From: Octopus vulgaris
Lineage: Eukaryota
Assembly (NCBI GenBank): GCA_951406725.2
Contig: OX597820.1
Coordinates: 101,246,001 to 101,310,000, forward strand
DNA: 64,000 bases
Direction of reading: 5' to 3'
Shown here: in pieces, positions 13,811 through 27,719 of the stretch
How positions within the stretch are numbered: position 1 is the first letter of the stretch
Layout: each line of letters begins with the position of its first letter
Notes under the pieces: generated by a model
What the model was told of the DNA's origin: nothing
The model's database searches: none
What the model saw: only the letters and a program-made list of their open reading frames with translations
Program-made: the position numbers and the translations under genes

Positions 13811-13997
13811 TTGTGTGTCTGTGTTTGTCCCCCTAGCATTGCTTGACAACCGATGCTGGTGTGTTTACGTCCCCGTCATCTAGCAGTTCAGCAAAAAGAG
13901 ACCAATAGAATAAGTACTGGGCTTACAAAGAATAAGTCCCGGGGTCGATTTGCTCGACTAAAGGCGGTGCTCCAGCATGACTGAAACAAGTAAAAGA
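13608..13997 (+). mobile_element. SINE family A
   Basis: High similarity to the 17777 copy; short deletion in the tail. Confidence 0.9.
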
Positions 13998-14190
13998 AAA
14001 AAAAAAAGAAAAAATATATATTATATATATACATATATATATATATCTATATATAGTTATGGTATATTCTATTAAAAATGTAGTAGAGTACAGTATAAAG
14101 CTCGTCCACTGTCAGATTTACCCTCTGCTATCCAGTGGTAGTATTATACGTACTTCCAGGTTTGCATTTGGGCATTTGTTGTGTGTGAAT

Positions 14191-14815
14191 AGATAGAGAA
14201 AATTGGGGTAACAAGAAGGGGTAGAGTTGGACATATATTTATTAATCACTGCAATTGTTTCCATGCAGCATTTTTCTCCAGATGTGCAGGTACTTGATTA
14301 TGCAACTGTTTCCCTGCATTATGAGATCTAGTTGTGTTTCTTCAGGCGATATGTAAGTATTATCTCCTTAAGTTTAAAATTCTCAGCTACAAGAACATCC
14401 TCTCAGTTTGTCATAGCCTGAATTTAGTAGTAGTCACAGCTTATCAGGGTGTGTTATTGCTGAGGGGCCATTGGCAAACTGCTTTGCCAACAATCCTTCA
14501 GCAGCAACACACTCTGATAAGCTCAGTGATTACTACTAAACAGCAACAGTACACCCTGATAAGCCCAGTGACTACTACTAAATTCAGGCCATGACAGAGA
14601 GGATGTTCTTGAAGCTGAGGATTTTAAACTTACGAAGACAGTATTTACATATCGCCTGAGGAAACACAACTAGATCTCATAATGCAAAGAAACAGTTGCA
14701 TAATCAAACCTGCACACCTGGAGAACTACACTGCGTGGAAACAGTTGTAGTGATTAAAAAATAATTGTCCAACTGTACCCCTTCTTGACTCTAATTTTCT
14801 CAATTATCTATCTAT
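14191..14815. repeat. ~620-bp imperfect fold-back palindrome
   Basis: Arms pair from gagaaaattggggt/actctaattttctc inward to ttggcaaa-ctgc-tttgccaa (~14472-14491). Confidence 0.9.
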
Positions 14816-15450
14816 CTCTCGTGTGTGTTTGTATTTCTGTGGACCATTTAACAATATATGCTGAAACACTTCTGATTGCAAACAAAGCCAACTCATGGAC
14901 TCTGTTCACTGGTGGTAACGAGGAGTGCAATTTTGATGACTATACTGTTGTTTAGCCTGTTTCAGCCTTGGCTGAGTTGACCAATAAATCAAAAGCATTC
15001 TAATCATGACCATCTCTTTTTTTGTGCCTAGGACGTTATTCTCTAAAGTACCCTCCCTTCTTTTTCTTTAAATAAATGTATTTTAAGGGAGATTTAGCTG
15101 TTATTTCCTGTAGGTCAGACAATCAGGCAGAGGTTTCTTTGTTGGCTTGGCAATGGTAGGGTGCGGAGGAAGAGGACAGCAATGAGAGTGGCAATGTATT
15201 TTCTCACTAATTTTCATGTTTTAGTTTGCTACAGCTTGACTTGTCCTCTTAATAGCATTTGTCAGCTAGTATCATTTACATTTGCCTGCTATTTCAAATT
15301 CTTCATTACTAAACATGATTTTCTTTAATTTTTCTCTTTTTCAGTTTTAGTAATTAGGTCTCAGATTTCATTTCTTGAAGTATTTGAGCTATAATTTTCA
15401 TTTGATATTTTCATTTATATATATGAATATGTGTGTGTGTGTGTGTGTGT

Positions 15451-15788
15451 AGGCGTGACTGTGTGTGCTTAGAAGCTTGCTTCCCAACCACATGGTCATG
15501 GGTTCAGTCCCACTGCATGGCACCTTGGGCAAGTGTCTTCTACTATAGCCTAGAGTGGATTTGGTAGACGGAAACTGAAATATATATATATGATATTTAT
15601 GTGTGTGTGACTGTGTTTGTCTCCCCACCATCATTTGAAAACTGATGCAGGAGTGTTTATGTCCCTCTAACTTAGTGGTTTGGCAAAAGAGACCGATAGA
15701 ATAAGTAGTAGGCTTACAAAGCATATATCCTGGGGCTGATTTCTTTTACCAAAACCCTTTAAGGTAGTGCTCCAGCATGGCCACAGTC
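15451..15788 (+). mobile_element. SINE family A, followed by an RTE-type tail fragment (to ~15875)
   Basis: Similarity to both families. Confidence 0.8.
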
Positions 15789-15877
15789 TGGTGCAGCTTC
15801 TCAGTTTGCTAGCTCTGGTCAAACCGTCCAACCTATGCCAGCATGGACAATGGACATTAAATGATAATGATGATATA

Positions 15878-15969
<92 letters not shown>

Positions 15970-17454
15970 CTAGTTTCTTTCAGTTACTGTCTATGAAATC
16001 TACTCACAAGGCTTTGGTTGGCCTGGAGATAGAGTAGAAAACAATTATTGAGGGTAAATCTAAAATCATGTGGTTGATAAGTGAATTTCTTTGCCAGTAC
16101 AACTATGCCTGCATATCTGCATCTTGCAAATCTGTGCTACAAAATTCAGTAATTGTGTGTGTGCATGTGTGTTGTTGGAGAAAGTGTTTTATAATTGGTT
16201 GACCTTTCTGAAGGCAACTACTGTATTTTATGGCGTATAATGCCCAAGAAAATATAACATGCACTCTTAGCCAGAAGAGAAAATTTCTTGCAAAAAAAGA
16301 AAAAAAGAAAAATTAAGAAATCCAAAGACATTAAAAGCTAGACATAAAATTTTTTATTCATTCTTAACAGGAAATATATCGGCATTTATATTATTGTATA
16401 AAAAATTAAAAAAATAAAAACAACAAGCAAATAAAAGAAAATCATAAGCTTCATGTTTAAAAAATAATTACCATCATCTCATGGTTTAAAAACAAACAAA
16501 AAAAAATTACCATTATCTCATATTCACTGTCTCACTTACTCCCCATCTCTCACTCTCTCATTCTTGCAGCCTCCACCCATCCGCACTGTCAGTTCTACTC
16601 CCATCCATTTTTCTTCATCTTGTTCTTTGTGGATCTACACAGACTCCTAATCACCATTATTTTTATCTCTTCCTCACTCCACTCTTACCACCTCCTTTCT
16701 TCTAAAATATAAGTAGCCGTGTGACCCCTCTACAGCAAGAAGCCTTTTTCACTTCAGCCCTTTTCCTTGTACTTTGATCCCTCATCTCCTAGCACAAAGC
16801 TACTTCTCTCAGGGGGTTCGTAGTCTTGCAAGGAAGCTGCATGGCAACCTTCTTGGGGATATAAGAAAAAGCACTGTGAAGTGATTGGTGTTAGGAAGGG
16901 CATCCAGCTTTAGAAACCATGCCAAAGTAGACAATTGAGCATAATGCAGTCCTTGGTCCTCTTAGTTCATATCAAACTGTCCAACTCATGCTGTCATGTG
17001 ACAAAGATATTAAATGATGATGATGATGATGATGATGATTCTAATTTTTAAGCTAACAAGCCAATACCAAAATATTTATTGTGAAATCGGATGGAAAGAT
17101 ACAGCAAATAGAAATGAATAAACAGAAGATACAAGAATACTTTATTATGCCTTATCAATTGTTACAGTATCTAAAATAGAATTACCTATCTGCACCTGGT
17201 GACTACAGTATCCCCTTTGAGCCTCTAAAATAGGCTAGCCCACTTGTGCCCAGTGGCTACTGTATCCACCCCTTTGAGTATCTCAAATAGATTTACCCAT
17301 TTTCACTTGGTGACTCTTTTTGGTGGCAGTCTCACTAAAAATACATTGCAAAGGCATAACCTTTACATGTAAATATCTGTGTATATCATCATCATCATCA
17401 CTCAAGCAGTTGACTGTGCTTGACCTCTGACTGACAAAGTGGAAGTGTGCGTGT

Positions 17455-17570
<116 letters not shown>

Positions 17571-17776
17571 CTTTTGGTTTACATTTGCTAGAATCCATTC
17601 TCAAGGCTTTTATCAGCCTGGGGCCATAGTAAAACACACTTGGCCAAAGGTACCATAATGGGGGACTGAACCTGAAATCAAGCGGTTCGGAAGTGAACAT
17701 CTGTTCCACCCAGCCATGCCATTAGTGTGCTAATTAATATTGTTTTGCATTTATGGATTCCCTTTTAAATAACATA

Positions 17777-18168
17777 GGCGCAGGAGTAGCTGTGTGGTAA
17801 GTAGCTTGCTTACCAACCACATGGTTTCGGGTTCAGTCCCACTGCGTGGCACCTTGGGCAAGTGTCTTCTACTATAGCCTCATGCCGACCAAAGCCTTGT
17901 GAGTGGATTTGGTAGATGGAAACTGAAAGAAGCCCATCGTATATATGTATATATATATGTATGTTTGTGTGTCTGTGTTTGTCCCCCCAACATCGCTTGA
18001 CAACCGATGCTGGTGTGCTTGTGTCCCTGTAACTTAGCGGTTCAGCAAAAGAGACCGATAGAGTAAGTACTAGGCTTACAAAGAATAAGTCCTGGGGTCG
18101 ATTTGCTCGACTAAAGGCGGTGCTCCAGCATGGCCACAGTCAAATGACTGAAACAAGGAAAAAAAAAT
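17777..18168 (+). mobile_element. tRNA-derived SINE family A, near full length
   Basis: Head with A/B-box-like gctgtgtggtaag / gggttcagtccc, internal (TA)/(TG) microsatellite, tail ggtgctccagcatggccacagtcaaatgactgaaac. About 20 copies in the window. Confidence 0.9.
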
Positions 18169-19557
18169 TTTTTTAAATAGTCATTCAAACTACATAAATT
18201 TTTTTTTTAATACCTTATTGTATTTTAAACAATTGTGCTCAACAGTATGTGGTGTGCCTACCCTGTAAAATATGTTAATGTCATTGTAGGTGATGACAAT
18301 TCAAGTTCACCGCAATTTTTATATAATTATATTCATTTCCATCTCTTTGAAATGCAAAGTGATTTAAAAATAAATGGCTCATTGAAACCATGTTTTGCTA
18401 ATGTATATTGCTGCTGTTTTGTTGTCTTCTGACAAGCTGTTTTCTGATTTGCTTTTCCTGTTTGCTGAATACCTCGACCTTGCAGTCTTATTTATTGTTC
18501 TTTAAACTAGTTTGTAAATGGATTTCAAAAGATTACTAATGTATGCATAGCATGTGTAATACTTATTTTTGAAGTATGATCTCATAGTTAAAATATTAAA
18601 AAAAAACAAACAAGAAAATCATGTTGATATGTAGCTATATCGCTAATTGCTTTTTTTCTTGTAAAGACATTTAAAAATACACAAAAAAAATGCTTATAGA
18701 TTCTAGATCCCTAAATCTAGTGGGTGTTTATTGATTTACATTTGTGCATTTTTAAAGCAGGTAAAATGATGGTTCGTTATGAAGAATTTCCTTGTCAAAG
18801 CATAACAAAATGAAAAATGGATTTAATTAATTTGATTCTTGATCTGGGTTAATCGAGAATAAATTAGAAAAAAACTTTGTATGTGATGTTACCATCATTA
18901 TTGCTATTGTTGTTGTCGTCATCATCATCATCATTGCCATTGTTTTAGCTTATTTTTCCATGTTGTGATGGGATGGATGGGTTGTCACGGTCCAAATCAA
19001 TTCTTATCCAGACTTGCTGCCCTCATATGTGGTCACATGTATATTCCATATTTGGCATGGATTCCCTAGTTGGATGCCCCTCCTAAGATCAAACATTTTA
19101 CAGAGTATATTGGATATGTTTTACTGTGATGTAGTATGCTAGAGAGATGTCCCTCTGTTGGCAAAACTGAAGAATCATCTCAGTTCTATGTTGTCCTTGA
19201 TTGTTCACTGGCACCAGAGAGATTCCTTGATCCATGATAAGACTAAAAAAAGTCCATCTTCCTTGTGTTATCTCCATTCATTTGTTCCTTTCTTTCCCAC
19301 ACAATGTAGAAAATGATACTCATGCATTCAATCATGTGTTGTTATCTCAGGTCATGTAGGAGGTGTTGTAGAAGAAATGGGCATGGTAGAAGAGAACCGG
19401 AGTGATAAGAGTGAGAGTGTGTTAAAGGATATAGTAACAAGAAAGAGAGGGTGGGAGAGAGAGAGTAAGCAAGCAAAGCAGAGAAGGTAAGAATGAATGA
19501 TAGGAGAGAGTGAGAGAGAGAGGGTGATGAAAGGGGTAATAATGGTAAATTGGGAAT

Positions 19558-19930
19558 CATCATATCATCGTCATCATCGTTTAACGTCCGTTTTCCGGGT
19601 TGGACGGTTCGACCGGGGTCTGGGAAGCCAGGAGGCTGCACCAGGCTCCAGTCTGATCTGGCAGTGTTTCTACAGCTGGATGCCCTTCTTAACGCCAACC
19701 ACTCCATGAGTGTAGTGGGTGCTTTTTACGTGCCAGGGAAGTCTGGCAGCGGCCACGATCGGTTGGTGCTTTTTACGTGCCACCGGCACAGAAGCTGGTT
19801 AAGGTGGCGCTGGCATTGGCCACGTTCGGATGGTGCTTTTTACATGCCACCGGCGCAGAAGCCAGTCAAGGTGGCGCTGGCATCGGCCATGTTCGGATGG
19901 TGCTTTTTATGTGCCACCGGCACAGAAGCC
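19558..19930 (-). mobile_element. RTE-family 3' end
   Basis: Same conserved tail with about 3 internal tandem units. Confidence 0.85.
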
Positions 19931-21815
19931 AATATGATGGAAAAAAGGGGCAGTGAAGTGAGGGCCTCTTGTACATTAGAATACATTTCCCTGTCTCTGC
20001 TCCAGCATTGCTTCAATTTCTCCAGTTCTGTCCTTGAAAACAGCATGACAAATACAGTAAATTACTGTAGCAGTACTTATTGTAATTTCACTCCAGTCTT
20101 TACTATGTATTGTTTTCAAAGTGTAATGTATCAACAATTAAAGCTTTATATCCACTTGTGTTCTAGCTACTCCATCACAGTTATTCCCTGTAAGTTTAAA
20201 TTTCCTCCTTATCATCTTGTTGATATTTATTGTCATTAGACAGTTGCTGTACCCTTTTCTTTGTATGTGTAACAGATAAAAGGGCAACTGGTTGAGTCTG
20301 TAAGGGTGTCAGCAGATATGTTGGTAGATAAAAAAGAATTGTGTCACTGGCTTGTGGTTTTTTCATTACTAGTAATAGGTCACAAACAACCCAGTTCAGT
20401 TGTTAGCAGATCCCTTTTGTAAGTAAAGTTTGCTACCATAAAGTACAGGCATGTCTGTGTGGTAAGAAGCTTGCTTCTCAATCACAATTCTAGGTTCAAT
20501 TCCACTGCATGGTACTTGGGTAAATGTTTTCTACTATTGCCATGGCTGACCTAAGCCTTGTGAGTGGACTTGGTAAATGGAAACTGAAAGAAGCCCAGCA
20601 CACACATGCACACAAGTGTGCAAATACAATATAATTCACATGTACTTTGTTAGTTTACCATAGCTTATTGTGATCCTACTACAGGTACAGTTTGGTGAGA
20701 AATGGTTTCTATGAAACTGTCTGAAACAGTATGAAACCAGTCCCAATGCATTGTGAAAGCCATCCATCAGCTTATGACTAATGCAGTTTGGATTGTTGTC
20801 GTTATTCTTATTACTTTTGTAAGTTCTGTGAAAGACGAACAGTGTTATTGTTATTCTTAAACAATTTCTTCGTCAAATGATATGATTAAGTTTCCTATGT
20901 GACCAAATTCACACAATACCTATATTTTATCTCCTTTCTGTGTAATGTCTTCATTTTACCGATTATTATAGCTCCATACATCAGAACCATTTTTCTAATA
21001 TCAGAAGCCATTCTCTTGCTGATGCCACTTTATCTCGGTTTTCATTGGCAATTTTTCTTCAGTTGTAATTGCTTATGCTTGTTTAACTTAAATTAAACCT
21101 CAACATTGTATAAGCACACCGGAAAAAGTGTTTAAAAATCTTTGTTTATATTTCATATATGTAGCTAACCTTGTTTTGGTGTGGAACTGTTTCGTTTGAA
21201 CATCACGTGTGATTTGATGTTATCATCATTCTACCGAACCCATACCAATGTGGAAAATAGATGTTATTTTGTCTTTAAAATTTGATTTAATCTTTTCTTT
21301 CATGAAGTGTTACATTAAAAAAAATTTTTAGATTTTTATAAACACAATTTCTTGTTCCTTTTCATATAATTTTATTACTCGATTTTTAGCAAGGAGAAAT
21401 TGTCAGTTAATTAATGTTTTATATGGAAATTTACATAGCTCTTTTGGCTTTTGTTAAAAGTTGAAAATGTAAGATTAAATCTTTGACTTGGTAAAGACTG
21501 AAATAACTTGTTTTCATTTACACTACCAAATACAAAGAATATTTTGTTCTGCATGTATTACACTAAATTGTATCAGATTGCACATCTGTCTGCAGGAAAT
21601 GTATAGCAAAACACAGGACATGAACATTGAGAATTTCACAATTTTGGTTTTGATAGGACTTTGTGAAAGATGATCTTCAGTGAAGGTTCTGAAATTACAG
21701 GGTGGAGCATAAACACAAGCTACACAATTAAAAGTTAATAAGTTTCAAAATAATGTGTGTCCTAATATAAATCACAGTAATAGTATGGAAGGAGAGAATT
21801 GAATAAAAATATTTT

Positions 21816-22044
21816 TTAACACTTTAGCATTGAAACTAGCCATATCTGACCCATATTATTCTACCTGTTTTATGTTCAAACCAGCCAGATCCAACCTCTC
21901 ATGCATACCCTACAATGTCATTCTAAAAATAATCAATTATGTTGTTGAGATCTCAAAGATCTGAGATAATGCACATTTAATTAAAAACAGTATTTATAAA
22001 TAAGCATTATATTTGACAGATTAATCTGACTACTAAAGGGTTAA
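21816..22044 (+). mobile_element. piggyBac-like MITE family E
   Basis: TTAA ends with cactttag/ctaaaggg TIRs. Other copies at 22335-22565, 34610-34837, 48408-48950, ~12798-13215, ~4625-4785. Confidence 0.8.
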
Positions 22045-22334
22045 TGTGATCCTGACTAGCTTTCACAGCAGTTTTCAATCTTGGAATCAGTGTTTTACTG
22101 TAATACATCTGGAACTCAATCTCACAATCCAGACAGATATGTTTTCAAATTATCTGAAGGTCTGTGAAGACCAGAGCAAATTTATGCTTTGTGTTATCAG
22201 CCTTGAGAACAAATCAGAATATTGTGGTTTGTTCTGTTTTACTGATGAGAAAATAAAGAGAAAGTTCTCCTTTCTGCCTATGCATTCAGCCTGTGGTTCA
22301 TTCATTCTGAATGTAAACTTCATTGTTTAACTTG

Positions 22335-22565
22335 TAAACCTTTTAGCATTCAGTTTACACTTTCAAATGTAATGCTTATTCATTCACATTGTTTTGAATT
22401 AATAATGCATTGAATCAATAATGTATTGGAATTTTGATGATGTGATTGTTTATTTTTAGAATGATGTTGTAGGGTAGGTGTGAGAGGCCAGATCTAGCTG
22501 ATTTGTACTGAAAATAGGTTGAATATTTTGGCTGAATTTCACCAGTTTAAATGCTAATGAGTTAA
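22335..22565 (-). mobile_element. piggyBac-like MITE family E, inverted relative to 21816
   Basis: Reverse-complement similarity along the whole length. Confidence 0.8.
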
Positions 22566-23184
22566 ATCATTCTAACACAAAAACGTATAGTCGTTGATAT
22601 GCTACATTCTAATATAATCACAAGCATAATCTTTCTGTTCAAGTGACCCACCCATATGTTCCAGAACTAACTTCATTTGCTTTGCCATTAGCCATACCAT
22701 AATACCTTGTTATAAAGATTTTATCAATGAATATAATAGTATAAAACATTTCTTATGAGAGTTTTGTGGAGTGGTTATCAAATTCTAGTGAATTTCTTTT
22801 AATCTTTTTGTTTGCTCTGGGGAGCTGCCATTCTGTGGATTTTTAAGGAAATATATTTTTAGATATCTTTTACAGGTCATCATCTCATGGTTGTGGAATA
22901 CACAGAGGGTTTCTCTAGATTTTTCCATTACTAATTCTTATCGATACTTTGGGGCCTTGTATAATTTTCATTTAAGTGTCTGGCTCCTATACCTTTTCTG
23001 TAGATTTCAGATTATAAAGACAGTAATGGGTTCAAGGTCAAGAGTTAATAGTCACTTTCATTTTCAGTATTAAATCTTTAGTGTCGCTGTTCAAACTTGC
23101 CCTCTGCAATTATGGATCTTCTATGTAATTGATATTAATTGTAAATGTTGTGTATTTATAGCTTTTTGTTGTGTATTTATTTAA

Positions 23185-23325
<141 letters not shown>

Positions 23326-23344
23326 TAAGTATTGTCTTTTGTCT

Positions 23345-23665
23345 TTTTTTTTTGTTTCAGTCATTGGACTGTGGCCATGCTGGGGCACTGCCTTGAAGTG
23401 TTTAGTCAAACAAATTGATCTCAGTACCTAATTTTATGTCAGATACTTATTCTAGCAGTCTCTTTCCTGAACCATTTCCAGGGACGTACACAAACTAACA
23501 CTGGTTGCCAAGCAGTATGTGGGAAGCCAACACAAAAACACACACACTCAGATATATATATATAGGGCTATAGTAGAAAACACTTACACAAGGTGCTATG
23601 CATTGGGACTGAACTTGAAACCATGTGGTTGGAAGCAAACTTCTTACCACACAGCCAGCCTGTGC
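23345..23665 (-). mobile_element. SINE family A (diverged), ~20 nt downstream of the exon 1 donor
   Basis: tgtttcagtcattggactgtggccatgct through cttcttaccacacagcc. Confidence 0.8.
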
Positions 23666-23917
23666 ATGCATACTTCCTTAAACATTTTGTCCTAAATGAT
23701 ATTTAATTTTACGCTCTATAGTTAGGAAAATAGTCTTTAATCTCACTTATACCATCTGAATCAAGGGCCATATGCTCTGTAAATTTAGATATTTGGTTTA
23801 ATTGTGAAGAAAAATCTTCAATTTAACTATGCATGACATACTGCTGTGATCTATTTTACAAAATCAATGGACAATTAAATTTTGTTAAGCCTGAGGTCAA
23901 TACTGAACAAGCAGATA

Positions 23918-24620
23918 TTGGGTCATCCCATAAATAACGCAGTTTTTTTTATACTTTTTTATTTTTCAAAACTAAGATAAAGTTCTTTTTTTAATCTAAA
24001 ATATACTCTCCTTCATTTTCTACAATGCTCTTACATCTATCTTGTAGGCTTGCAAGGCCCCTCTTCCAAAATTCACCTGATCATGAAAAAAAATACACCT
24101 CCAGTACTCTTCTGACCTTGTCTACAGAATTCATATTTTTTCCGTCCAAATGATTTTGAAGACTGTGGAATAAATTATAATCAGATAGGGCAATGTCTGG
24201 CGAGTATGGTGGGTGGAGCATCATTTCCCATTCGAACTGCTCCAGCCTTTGGAATGTCATCCTCACTGTATGTGGATAAGCATTATCCTCATGAAAGAAC
24301 ACCTTTTGTCTTGAAACCAAACAGTCATTTTTCTTCTAGCACTGACTTAAGCCACTCAAGCTGCTCGCAGTAGATTCCTTTGTTATTGTTTGGTTTGGAT
24401 TTAAAAGTTCAAAGTAGACTAAACCTTTCATATCCCACCAAACAGATAACAACACCTTACATGGGTGAAGACCTTTAGCCTGGAATGATGGTGTTTCTCC
24501 TATCCCTACCCACTATCTTTGATGTTTGACATCTTTATAGAGAACCCATTTCTCATCACCAGTCACTATTTGGTTGAAAAAAGGTTCATTCGTGAGACAT
24601 GCCAGCAAAGAAGAGCATAC
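23918..24620 (-). mobile_element. Truncated mariner transposon (3' half)
   Basis: TA followed by a TIR-like end ttgggtcatcccataaataacgc. DD34D-type motifs TGDEKW, HEDNA, HPPYSPDIALSDY. Confidence 0.88.
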
Positions 24621-24999
24621 TTCCTTTTTAAATGGTAGGGTAGGATCTAAGCTTGATGTAGTTGTTACTTTTAGCAGGTTGAGTGGACCACATAAAGGAT
24701 CTCTCAATGACTTGCAGACAATGATGTAGGGTCTTGACCTGCTTAAAATAGCTGCCTTCTCTACTGCAAATATTTTCCAGTCTTTAGGATAAAGGTTATG
24801 TATTATAAGTAAATCTGAAAATTTCATTCAGTAAGAAAAGCGACGTCTATGGCTACAAATATCAGTTGTATGCTTTGTTCCAGTGGATATTTTTGTTTGG
24901 CTTAGGCTCAGGCTAGCCTATATCAACAGCTGTAACTTGGTTTCCAGTGATAAACATATATACACTCCAAGAATACAAAACAAGATCTTTATCCTTCAT

Positions 25000-25370
25000 C
25001 TTTTGCTTGTTTCAGTCATTAGACTGCGGCCATGCTGGGGCACCACCTTGGAGAATTTTTAGTTGAATGAATTGACACCAGTACTAATTTTTTAATAAGC
25101 GTGGTACTTATTCTATTAGTTTCTCTTTGCTGAACTGCTAAGTTACGGAAATGTAAGCATACCAGCACTGATTATCAAGTGGTGGTAGAGGGTAAACAAA
25201 GACACACACATGCACACATGCACATGCACACCAGGCTTCTTTCAGTTTCTGTCTACCAAATCCACTCACAAGGCTTTGGTCAGTCTGAGGCTATAGTAGA
25301 AGACACTTGCCCAAGGTTCCATGCAGTGGCGCTGAACCAGGAACCATGTGGTTGGGAAGCAAGCATTGTA
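25000..25370 (-). mobile_element. SINE family A
   Basis: Family similarity. Confidence 0.85.
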
Positions 25371-25860
25371 CCAAAACAATTGTTCAGTAAAAAGATTTTT
25401 GAAGACTCATGTTATAAATCAGTTTACTACATGATAACCTATCAACTCTAAAGTTTGAGATCATTTGAGAATGCTACCTACAGTAGAATGGAACCCTTCC
25501 AAAGGAATGATTTATTTCTATTTGGCTTCATAACATGAATTCAGAACAGAACTGATTGCTGGTTATGGACACTATTACTCTGACTAAGAGCATGTTTAAA
25601 TCCATTCTGAACCATACAGTACATTGGTCCAATGGTTCGCAAACTGATAAATACTGGCCCCACACCTCACCTGCACAGACCTGGAGGAAACACTGCATTA
25701 TTCCTTTCCCATCTGTCATATTCACTGGTTTCTTTGGATTGTTTCTTTGGCATGCTAAATGAATAAACCTCAACTCTCCTCCAATTCTGAAGGAAAGGGA
25801 TTCTGTGAGTGATCTCTCCATGATTATCACAGCGCAGTGTAGCTGATTCTCAGAGAGAGA

Positions 25861-25917
<57 letters not shown>

Positions 25918-26607
25918 GGGAAGGGAAGGAGGAGAAGAATTATCCTGACTGCTTTGATTGTTATTTTATTTATTGGCTTTAGAAGGATGATGAGCAGAGT
26001 TTTCCTTGATGGGATTGGAGCCCAAAATGCAAAGAGCTGGAATGATTACCATAAAACATTTGTCGAATGCTCTAACAATTCTGCCAACTCAGTCACTCAG
26101 TGCATAAGAGACATTTATAAATTCTGTAATGAGAAATGGTCTTATAAGCAAGGGATTGGATGACCTGCTCATGACATGTGTATTTAAATCTGCAGCTGGC
26201 ATTTCTTTGTTTCTGGGTCGAACATTTTATTAAAGCTATCCAGGAATCTAAGTATGTTACCCACCCAGGGAGAATTATCTTCCAGTCTCTAATCATTGAC
26301 ATTTTAAAAACCCTTAGGTTGAGAAGAAACTTACACTTTTTTATTCTCAGTCAAAAAATTGTGAAATCTACTGTTTTCATGTTGGTGGATGTGGATGTGG
26401 CTACATATATGTATACATATATATGTTTTATTTTTTTCATTGCTTTTAATCATTGGACTGCAGTGCTGCTGAGGCACTGGTGATCATATAAACACCAACA
26501 CTTATCTCAGACTAGAATTTATTTAGTGATCTTTATTTGTTTAACTACTGAGTTATGAGACATAGAGGTACAATGAATACAACACTGGTTTTTAGGTTAT
26601 TTCTCTT

Positions 26608-26646
<39 letters not shown>

Positions 26647-27302
26647 CACACAGCAGGCTTCTGCACAGTTTCTATGTACCAAATTCTACTCTAAAGGTAT
26701 TGGCGAAAAGGCACTGTGTACGGTGGAATTGAACTTAGAACCACACAGCTGCAAAGCAGACTTCTCAACTGTAAATCCATGCTTAGTCTTGTATGTACAT
26801 GTGATACAGTGAATTTTGTTTAATTGGAACAGATCTGTGTGCAAGTACTTTTGCCCAACCTAATGGGTTATTTCCTAATTATATAAATTTTTATGGACTA
26901 AATCTGAAGGACAAAACAAAAGCCAAACTACTGTTTTTAGACTTTTGAAAACAAAAAAAATATTAGCTGTGTGTGTTAATTGGAAATCTATTTTAGCAAA
27001 TCTGGAAACAATGGACTGCTCTTGAGACACATAAACACATGTATATTTATTTGTTCTTTGCAATAGAGGGCAAATTATGAGCAAAAATAAAAAAAAAAAA
27101 AGGTTTGTAATAATGAAGTCATTGAGGCCAGAGGTATGGTTAATGACTGGGGTATGGTGCAAGGCTACTTGGCAGGTTGACCACATAACTTTGCCCATTT
27201 CCATTTTACCATTGCTTAATATGGTGACTGTGTAACGTACAGGCACGTTTTTCTTTTAAAGTTTAAAGCAGCATTCTTTTGTTACTTTTGCTACCTTTTC
27301 TA

Positions 27303-27707
27303 TCTCTTTACTCTTTTACTTGTTTCAGTCATTTGACTGTGGCCATGCTGGAGCACCGCCTTTAATCGAGCAACTCGACCCCGGGACTTATTCTTTTGTA
27401 AGCCCAGTACTTATTCTATCGGTCTCTTTTTGCCGAACCGCTAAGTAACGGGAACATAAACACACCAGCATCGGTTGTCAAGCAATGCTAAGGGGACAAA
27501 CACAGACACACAAACACATACACATACATACATATATATATATATGACAGGCTTCTTTCAGTTTCCGTCTACCAAATCCACTCACAAGGCTTTGGTCGGC
27601 CCGAGGCTATAGTAGAAGACACTTGCCCAAGGTGCCATGCAGTGGGACTGAACCCGGAACCATGTGGTCGGTAAACAAGCTACTTACCACACAGCCACTC
27701 CTGCGCC
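27303..27707 (-). mobile_element. SINE family A, young full-length copy
   Basis: Near-consensus sequence ending ..gccactcctgcgcc. Confidence 0.92.
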
Positions 27708-27719
27708 TTGTCCAAAATA

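Noticed and set aside
17777-17850. tRNA gene
   Set aside because: tRNA-like SINE head that continues into the SINE body; no complete cloverleaf.
19550-20239. 229-aa ORF
   Set aside because: Antisense read-through of an RTE 3'UTR into unique DNA; similar peptides recur at every copy.
25528-25830. Overlapping 100-aa and 68-aa ORFs in unique-looking DNA
   Set aside because: No recognisable domain or splice signals fitting the FAM135 frame.
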